Below, one piece after another: positions 1-5,894 of a stretch of 36,542 bases of DNA; within the stretch, counting starts at the first letter, position 1; every line of letters begins with the position of its first letter. The notes beneath the pieces are model-generated. The model made no database searches, was not told the origin of the DNA, and saw nothing but the letters and a program-made list of their open reading frames with translations. Source of the DNA: Thermodesulfobacteriota bacterium (lineage in GTDB: Bacteria > Desulfobacterota_D > UBA1144 > Nemesobacterales > UBA2774); assembly GCA_035455615.1 (NCBI GenBank), contig DATIET010000249.1, positions 1 through 36,542 of the forward strand, written 5' to 3'. The translations under genes were made by a program, and so were the position numbers.

Positions 1-119
1 GGCACCTGCGTCGCCCAGCTCCCGACCTGACTTCCGAGACCCCCGATGAGTACGACAGGGTACCCCTCACCGTAAACCTCGTAATAAATATTCATACCGT
101 TAGCCAGTGCGTATGGCAT
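1..119 (-). CDS. alpha/beta-fold hydrolase, N-terminal fragment running off the window edge
   Basis: The minus-strand ATG at 119 reads MPYALANGMNIYYEVYGEGYPVVLIGGLGSQVGSWATQV..., a typical alpha/beta-hydrolase N-terminus. GAGGGG lies about 11 nt upstream. It is absent from the ORF track because it is truncated. Confidence 0.5.
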   Translation of the reverse strand, partial: MPYALANGMNIYYEVYGEGYPVVLIGGLGSQVGSWATQV

Positions 120-137
120 CGTTCGCAGGTCCCCTCA

Positions 138-557
138 CTACTTCACAGGCCTCTTGGACTCGAGGTATTCGGCTAGTATATACACGGCGGCCATTTTGTC
201 TATCACCCGCTTCCTCTTCTTCCGCCCGACGTCCGCGCTTATGAGAAACTGCTCGGCGTCGGCGGTTGAAAAGCTTTCGTCCCAGTAAACGACGGGGAGG
301 CCAAAGGCGGCCTTTAATATATCGGCGAATTTCATTATCTCCTGTCCCCTTTTGCCCACGCCACCGTCGCTCCTGTAAGGAACGCCTACGAGCATCTCTC
401 CGGGCGCATACCGCTCGATGATCTTTCCGAGCTCCGCTTTATCGTGCTCTATTTCCTTTCTCTTTATCGTGGCTACCCCGTTGGCCGTTATACCGAGCTC
501 GTCGCTCACGGCGACGCCTATTGTCCTGGTACCTACGTCGAGGGCTAATATCCGCAT
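138..557 (-). CDS. ruvX: YqgF/RuvX Holliday-junction-resolvase-like nuclease (pre-16S rRNA nuclease)
   Basis: 139 aa. ILALDVGTRTIGVAVSD at the N-terminus, then GVPYRSDG and WDESFSTADAE blocks, characteristic of the YqgF family. Confidence 0.9.
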   Translation of the reverse strand: MRILALDVGTRTIGVAVSDELGITANGVATIKRKEIEHDKAELGKIIERYAPGEMLVGVPYRSDGGVGKRGQEIMKFADILKAAFGLPVVYWDESFSTADAEQFLISADVGRKKRKRVIDKMAAVYILAEYLESKRPVK

Positions 558-752
558 GTGGTGTCCGCGTATTACAAAAAACAGTAACGATAACGCCGCT
601 TGGTTACGAACCTGAATTATTATGTATGGTTTGATTTACAAATAAAAGGATTGTGTCCGACTCCCTTCCGCAATATCACATCAGCCCGCAAACCAGATTC
701 CTGTACATCCCCCCTAATACGCGGCCTACCGCCGATTGAGGCGCGTCGGGCA

Positions 753-1619
753 TTATACGCCGTCCCTGGTGTAGGATTCGATATTCTCGGGCCCGTATGT
801 CTTGATCCTGTTCTTCCACCCGGGGAGGAATTTTTTCTCATTCCTTTCGGGAGGGGAATTCCGGACACGCCTCTCGAGCACCGACTCCGCTGACCGGGCG
901 AACTCGCTCAGGGCCGCGGGTCCCACCTCATCCCCCTTCATGTTATCGAGCACCTGGAGTAAGCCCCATCCCTGCCCTTTGTACCGTTCCTTGAGCGACG
1001 TGCCTTCACCCTTGAAATTCACGTAATCAACGAGCACGTAAAAACCCATCGGAGTGCCTGACACACGGTAGAACTGTTTTCTGATATTGTCCCTCGACCC
1101 GGCTGGGGCCGACTCCAGCATCATCGGCAGGCTATTCTCCATCCGCTCCGCCATGTAGAGGGACTGGAGCGCGACGGTGTCGAGCATGAATTTTCTGAGA
1201 GATACCATGCGGGGGGAATCGAAGTCGCCGTAAAACTCGCTCCTTGAGCCCCACGGCAGGTCGAACGGGGCGATCCCGTCCATCCATTCCGGGACCGGAG
1301 CGCCCTTCGATTTGATGAATTCGAAGAGTGAGGGGAACGATTCGCGGAAGGGGTATTCTTTTCCTTCCGGGTACCAGAGAAAATGTCCTATACCCAGCGA
1401 AGCGAATTCTTCGCCTTCGTTCCAGGCAGTCAGGTTCTCGGTCTTCCCCCCGCACTCGTTCCTGAATATGAGAGAACCGATCTTCTCGAGCTCCCCGGGC
1501 GGGACCGTCGCGCACGCCGAATCGCACGAGGGGAGGAGCGCCAGGCATAGCGCAAGCGCTGCAGCTCCTGCGAGAGAGTAACCAAGGCATACGTACCGGC
1601 CGGAGAACCGTTTGATCAT
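753..1619 (-). CDS. hypothetical secreted protein or lipoprotein
   Basis: The ORF runs 753-1643. I start it at ATG 1619 (MIKRFSGRYVCLGYSLAGAAALALCLALLPSC), giving a signal peptide with a lipobox-like LLPSC. I recognise no confident family. Confidence 0.6.
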   Translation of the reverse strand: MIKRFSGRYVCLGYSLAGAAALALCLALLPSCDSACATVPPGELEKIGSLIFRNECGGKTENLTAWNEGEEFASLGIGHFLWYPEGKEYPFRESFPSLFEFIKSKGAPVPEWMDGIAPFDLPWGSRSEFYGDFDSPRMVSLRKFMLDTVALQSLYMAERMENSLPMMLESAPAGSRDNIRKQFYRVSGTPMGFYVLVDYVNFKGEGTSLKERYKGQGWGLLQVLDNMKGDEVGPAALSEFARSAESVLERRVRNSPPERNEKKFLPGWKNRIKTYGPENIESYTRDGV

Positions 1620-1718
1620 GTTATGCCGTTCTGCGATGAACAATTATACCGGACGCGGCAGGCGCATTCTTATAGAGGCGGGAATTCTTTCCTGAGCGTC
1701 GAAACTATACTCCTGTAT

Positions 1719-1940
1719 CTAGCGGTAGATATGGTGTTTTAGCGAATCACTGTCGGTAATCGTATCGAAAACCTCGCCGCACTTGTCACACTCGAACCTT
1801 ACCGATACCGGGGGATGACTTATACCGAACCCGACCAGGATCCATCCCCATAGCGAGTAGCTCGGCTTGGGCACTATCCACGGGTGGCTCCTCTCGTAGC
1901 CGCATCTGCACTTTTTATGATCAGTATCGTCGGAACTCAT
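1719..1940 (-). CDS. small hypothetical protein with CxC...CxxC and a central hydrophobic segment
   Basis: The ORF runs 1719-1955 from a TTG; the first ATG is at 1940 (MSSDDTDHKKCRCGY...WGWILVGFGI...ECDKCGEVF). A TATAAT lies about 35 nt upstream. Coding status is uncertain. Confidence 0.4.
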   Translation of the reverse strand: MSSDDTDHKKCRCGYERSHPWIVPKPSYSLWGWILVGFGISHPPVSVRFECDKCGEVFDTITDSDSLKHHIYR

Positions 1941-2105
1941 ATCGAGTCTTCTCAAGCGTTTATTGTAACGGGATTATACGTCTTATCAAATCTCGGGACC
2001 GCTTCATGTGCGATGATATATTCTGATCTACTGTTGCACCAAGGTTCACAGGAGGATCAAATACTTCCCGACAAAATGCCCCCTCGCCAATCATGCACGA
2101 GAAAA

Positions 2106-2531
2106 TCAATCCGCGGCAGCACTCAATGGTCTTCTTAATTCCTTGACCCGGCTCCGGCGCTTTTTTCTCTTTATTCTCTCTTCTTTCGATTGAAATGTGG
2201 GCCTTGTCTTACGCCTTTTAACGGGTTCGACCGCGGCTTTCCTTATCAGACCGGTCAGGCGCTCTACAGCGTCGCCGCGGTTCTTCTCCTGCGTCCTGAA
2301 CCTCCGAGCTTCGATTATAAGAACCCCCTCGCTCGTGACTTTCTTGCCGGCGATCTTTATCAATCTGCTCCTCACTTCGGGAGGGAGGCTCAGGGAATTC
2401 GCCGCATCGAACCTTAGCTCCACCGCAGTCGATACTTTGTTGACATTCTGTCCGCCCGGCCCGGAAGAACGGACGAATTCCATTGTTATTTCACTCTCGG
2501 CGAGTGATATGCGGGGCGTAATGCGAATCAT
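2106..2531 (-). CDS. arfB: alternative ribosome-rescue factor ArfB (YaeJ), a peptidyl-tRNA hydrolase
   Basis: 141 aa with a GGQ motif (RSSGPGGQNVNKVSTAVELRF) and a Lys/Arg-rich C-terminal tail (RRKTRPT...KRKKRRSRVK), the ArfB architecture. Confidence 0.85.
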   Translation of the reverse strand: MIRITPRISLAESEITMEFVRSSGPGGQNVNKVSTAVELRFDAANSLSLPPEVRSRLIKIAGKKVTSEGVLIIEARRFRTQEKNRGDAVERLTGLIRKAAVEPVKRRKTRPTFQSKEERIKRKKRRSRVKELRRPLSAAAD

Positions 2532-2537
2532 ATTTAA

Positions 2538-2566
2538 AATCTAAGCGCTCCGGCTCCATTATTCAA
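2538..2566 (-). promoter_or_regulatory. putative sigma-70 promoter of arfB (TTGAAT-17-TAGATT)
   Basis: The minus strand reads TTGAAT aatggagccggagcgct TAGATT ttaaat ATG. The -10 ends 6 nt before the start codon and there is no SD at a usable distance. Confidence 0.3.
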
Positions 2567-2719
2567 GTATGAAGTGGGTCCCTGACTATGAACCCCGATA
2601 CTCAGGGAAGCTCGCCCGGGGAATCCGTGACCGATTATAGATTCACACTAATTATTCCCGGGGATTATGTCGAAGGTGAAAAAAACCGTGGGGTAACTGC
2701 CGATGTGAATCACAATAAC

Positions 2720-2749
2720 AAGCGGCGGGATGCAGTCACCCCGCCGCTT
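2720..2749 (-). terminator. intrinsic terminator-like hairpin downstream of amt
   Basis: A perfect 10-bp GC-rich inverted repeat, AAGCGGCGGG (2720-2729) / CCCGCCGCTT (2740-2749), with a 10-nt loop, starting 18 nt after the amt stop. It has T-rich flanks on both strands (GTTATTGTGATT on minus, GAGTTTTCG on plus). Confidence 0.6.
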
Positions 2750-2767
2750 GAGTTTTCGTGCTTGATA

Positions 2768-4150
2768 TTATTCGTCTGTAAGTCTCGCTCCATGCTCGGG
2801 AGTGCCGTAGCCGTGAGCCATCTGGAATCCCGAATAGGCTTCCTCCCCGTGCTCGCCGAGGTCGAGCCCTCCAGCCTCTTTTTCGGGAGAGACTCTCAAC
2901 CCCATGACCGCCTTCAGGACAGCCAGTATTATCATCGTTCCCGCGAAGGAGAATACCCATGTGGCCGCGACGCCGATAAACTGTATCCACAGTTGCTCGG
3001 GATTGCCGTAAAAAAGCCCGTCGCGTCCCGCGGAATTAACGGCGGTAGTCGCGAATAATCCGGTTGCCAATGCACCCCAGGTCCCGCCTACACCGTGTAC
3101 GCCCACTACATCCAGGGAATCGTCATAACCGAGCTTAGGTCTCAGGTTTACGGCGAAGAAACAGAAGATCCCGCCGCCGAGCCCGACAACTATTGCAGCC
3201 ATCGGGGTCACGAATCCCGCAGCCGGCGTTATGGCTACGAGTCCCGCAACCGCGCCTGAGGCAGCGCCGAGTACCGTGGGCTTGCCTCTCACTATCCATT
3301 CGACAGCTACCCAGCCGAGCACCGCCGCTGCGGTAGCGGTGTTGGTGGTAACGAAGGCCGTGCTGGCAAGGCCGTTAGCGGCCAGCGCGCTCCCGGCGTT
3401 GAACCCGAACCAGCCTACCCACAGAAGCGATGCGCCTATCACGCTGTATGGCAGGAAATGAGGCGCCATAGGCTCGCGCCCGTACCCGACTCTCTTTCCG
3501 AACATCAGCGCCGCCGCGAGGGCCGCGGCGCCTGAGCTTATGTGCACTACGGTTCCGCCCGCGAAATCGAGAGCCCCCATAGCCCCTATCCATCCCCCTC
3601 CCCAAACCCAGTGGGCGAGCGGGTCGTATATGAGCGTCGTCCAGAGGAGGACAAAGACAATAAATGTGCTGAATTTTGCACGCTCCGCGAATGAACCCGT
3701 GATAAGAGCAACGGTTATCACGGCGAACGTAAGCTGATAAACCATGAAAAGGTTATGCGGTATGGTCGTCGCCCACACGTCGGACGGTGCAGCGCCAACG
3801 CCCTTCAACCCGAGGAAGTCCAGTCCGCCGATAAAATGAGAGATATCGGGACCGAACGCGAGGGTATAGCCGATGACCACCCACTGTATGGACACCAGCG
3901 CCACGATGAAAAAGCTGTGCATAAATGTGGCAAGCGCGTTCTTGGAACGAACCAGGCCGCCGTAGAACAGAAATAGCCCGGGAATCGTCATCATCAGCAC
4001 AAGAAGTGATGATGTGAGCATCCATGCCGTATCACCGGTGTCTATCGCGGGCCCGTCCTGTGCCAGCGATAAACCGGGCGATGATAGGCATAACAAAAAT
4101 ACGATAACGGGAAAAAACAAATACGAGTACTTAAGAAGTACCTTTCTCAT
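2768..4150 (-). CDS. amt: ammonium transporter (Amt family)
   Basis: 460 aa and polytopic. It carries Amt signature blocks LDFAGGTVVHISSG and DVVGVHGVGGTWGALATG, and a strong SD AAGGAGG 7 nt before the ATG. Confidence 0.95.
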   Translation of the reverse strand: MRKVLLKYSYLFFPVIVFLLCLSSPGLSLAQDGPAIDTGDTAWMLTSSLLVLMMTIPGLFLFYGGLVRSKNALATFMHSFFIVALVSIQWVVIGYTLAFGPDISHFIGGLDFLGLKGVGAAPSDVWATTIPHNLFMVYQLTFAVITVALITGSFAERAKFSTFIVFVLLWTTLIYDPLAHWVWGGGWIGAMGALDFAGGTVVHISSGAAALAAALMFGKRVGYGREPMAPHFLPYSVIGASLLWVGWFGFNAGSALAANGLASTAFVTTNTATAAAVLGWVAVEWIVRGKPTVLGAASGAVAGLVAITPAAGFVTPMAAIVVGLGGGIFCFFAVNLRPKLGYDDSLDVVGVHGVGGTWGALATGLFATTAVNSAGRDGLFYGNPEQLWIQFIGVAATWVFSFAGTMIILAVLKAVMGLRVSPEKEAGGLDLGEHGEEAYSGFQMAHGYGTPEHGARLTDE

Positions 4151-4310
4151 TGTAATTCCTCCTTTGTGTGAAGGTGAAACACAAAAACCTTTATATTCAA
4201 CTTTAATTATGGAAATTCCCGGTTCACACAGGCATAAAAGACAGAACCCGAAATTTCAGGACTCTATCTTTCATGTTTTTTTGCGGAACCTCCAGCCTAT
4301 TTTATATTGG

Positions 4311-4327
4311 ATGCAAACAACATACCA
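4311..4327 (-). promoter_or_regulatory. sigma-54 (RpoN)-type -24/-12 promoter upstream of amt
   Basis: The minus strand reads TGGTATGTTGTTTGCAT. The GG and GC are spaced exactly as in the TGGCAC-N5-TTGCA consensus. It lies about 160 nt upstream of the amt ATG. Confidence 0.5.
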
Positions 4328-4534
4328 GCTAGGGAATAAAATATGATTGAATGTTCACGGGTGGTTCCAAGGCAGGATAGGGGATTCCATGCCTAAAAGT
4401 TAAGCAGCATATTCTAAAAATTAAACACAGCGGTTTGAACCGATGTGCGGATAGGAAACCCAGGGAATTTATATCAACGGAACGAGACGCAGGGGCCGGC
4501 CAGGCTGCCGGCAGCAATCATGAACCCCCGTACG

Positions 4535-5536
4535 CTACTTCATCATATTGACGACGACCCGCCCCTTCTGCCCGCCCCGGAGAATCAGCTCTATATTTTT
4601 ATCCAGTTCGGCGAGCGTGATCTCGGTGGTGATTAGGTCGAGCCTGTCTATTTTCCATTCGCCCGCGATCTTGGCCCAGACCTTTTTTCTTATGTCCATG
4701 GGGCAATAAGCGGAATCGATGCCCACGAGAGAGACCCCTCTCAATATGAACGGATAGACGTTTATGGGCAGGTCCGCGGAAGCCACGTTCCCGCAGCAGG
4801 TGACGACCCCGTGCTGCTTGGCGGATTTTATGGCTGTAGCGAGTATATCCCCCCCGACGGTATCCACCGCCCCCGCCCACCTCGCCTTGAGAAGGGCCCG
4901 TCCTGATGTATCCGCGGCATCCTCCCTGCTTATCACCTCTTTTACGCCGAGATCGAGGAGGAGCCGCTTCTGGTCCGCCTTCCCGGTCGATGCGACGACA
5001 GTATAACCAGCTTTCGCGAGAATGCCCGAAGCTATACTCCCGACGCCTCCTGTTGCGCCCGTAACGAGAACCTCCCCCATTCCCGGAACGACTCCGTGTT
5101 CTTCCATTTTGTAAACGGAGAGTGCGGCCGTGAACCCCGCCGTGCCGTAAATCATGCTGTCTCTCAATGAAAGCCCCTCGGGGAGCTTTACCACCCACCC
5201 GGCGGGCACGCGTATATATTCCCCATAACCGCCGGAAGTGTTGGCGCCCAGATCGTATCCCGTGACCAGCACATCTTCCCCGGGCGTAAATTCACCCGCA
5301 GAGCTCTCAGCCACAACACCCGACGCGTCGATACCCGGCGTGTGAGGGTAATTCTTCGTTACGCCCTTGTTCCCGGTCGCGGAAAGGGCGTCTTTATAGT
5401 TAAGCGAAGAGTAATGAACCCGGATCAGCACCTCTCCGCCCGGAAGCTCTTCCGTAGACCTGTCCTTGATCGACCTCTCGAATTTATTCTCCCCCGTCTC
5501 CTCGACTACGAGTGCTCTGAACTTCCTGACGCTCAT
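4535..5536 (-). CDS. acuI: YhdH/AcuI-family NADPH-dependent quinone/acrylyl-CoA reductase (MDR superfamily)
   Basis: Strong block-wise resemblance to E. coli YhdH: VHYSSLNYKDALSATG, PGIDASGVV, GTAGFTAALSV, VTGATGGVGS, WAGAVDTVGG. I start at ATG 5536 (MSVRKF), which has GGAGG 6 nt upstream; the ORF extends to 5596. Confidence 0.85.
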   Translation of the reverse strand: MSVRKFRALVVEETGENKFERSIKDRSTEELPGGEVLIRVHYSSLNYKDALSATGNKGVTKNYPHTPGIDASGVVAESSAGEFTPGEDVLVTGYDLGANTSGGYGEYIRVPAGWVVKLPEGLSLRDSMIYGTAGFTAALSVYKMEEHGVVPGMGEVLVTGATGGVGSIASGILAKAGYTVVASTGKADQKRLLLDLGVKEVISREDAADTSGRALLKARWAGAVDTVGGDILATAIKSAKQHGVVTCCGNVASADLPINVYPFILRGVSLVGIDSAYCPMDIRKKVWAKIAGEWKIDRLDLITTEITLAELDKNIELILRGGQKGRVVVNMMK

Positions 5537-5675
5537 CGACGTCCTCCCTGGCATGGTTCGATTAACAGGCCGGGCCGTATCACGGCTCCGCCGCACGTGT
5601 CAATATAACAATATGACCGAATAATCCGCAAGGGCAACCGTACGGAATTGTCACTTAACACATGATAAATTGTTG

Positions 5676-5704
5676 TTGATTACAATATATAATGGTGATA
5701 TTAT
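5676..5704 (+). promoter_or_regulatory. putative sigma-70 promoter (TTGATT-17-TATTAT) driving the riboswitch leader
   Basis: -35 TTGATT at 5676-5681, a 17-nt spacer, -10 TATTAT at 5699-5704. The predicted +1 lies about 10 nt before the aptamer. Confidence 0.4.
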
Positions 5705-5721
5705 TTGCATATACAAAGTAA

Positions 5722-5822
5722 GGTCCTCATCCGAAAAGGCAAACCATCTGAAAAGGTGGGACGCAAAACCCGAGACCTAAGGGCTTAAAATGGCCTAAGG
5801 TAGACTGGTTACCGAAGTAGGG
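5722..5822 (+). promoter_or_regulatory. c-di-GMP-I (GEMM-I) riboswitch aptamer
   Basis: GGCAAACC (5738-5745). Hairpin CCATCT-GAAA-AGGTGG (5744-5759) with a GNRA loop. GACGCAAAACC (5760-5770). CCTAAG receptor-like element (5776-5781). GGTTACCGAAG (5807-5817). These match the conserved GEMM-I blocks as recalled from the Vc2 RNA. Confidence 0.75.
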
Positions 5823-5824
5823 AC

Positions 5825-5855
5825 GAGTGTGCGGATACGTCGCAACTCCTTTTTT
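5825..5855 (+). terminator. intrinsic terminator (riboswitch expression platform)
   Basis: GAGT(G)TGCG (5825-5833) pairs with CGCAACTC (5841-5848): 8 bp, one bulge, a 7-nt loop. It is followed by CTTTTTT (5849-5855) and sits 40 nt before the ORF start. Confidence 0.55.
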
Positions 5856-5894
5856 AGCCTCGGATAAAGGGACTGAAACGGGGGGTTTTATGCA

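Noticed and set aside
2617-4475. Recurrent words around amt, such as CCCGGGGAATCC (about 2623), TTCCCGGGGATT (about 2676), GGAAATTCCCGGTTCAC (4211), GTTCACGGGTGGTTCC (about 4353), GGGGATTCC (4380) and GGGAATTT (4463). These could be activator binding sites.
   Set aside because: The copies differ too much for me to derive a consistent motif or spacing by eye, and they do not match the NtrC consensus. This needs a proper motif search (MEME) before any claim.
4329-4517. A 62-aa minus-strand ORF in the amt/acuI intergenic region (and the plus-strand ORF at 4445-4636).
   Set aside because: There is no SD, the composition is odd, and it overlaps the predicted sigma-54 promoter/upstream region and the GC palindrome at the 3' end of acuI (CTGCCGGCAG). 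More likely non-coding.
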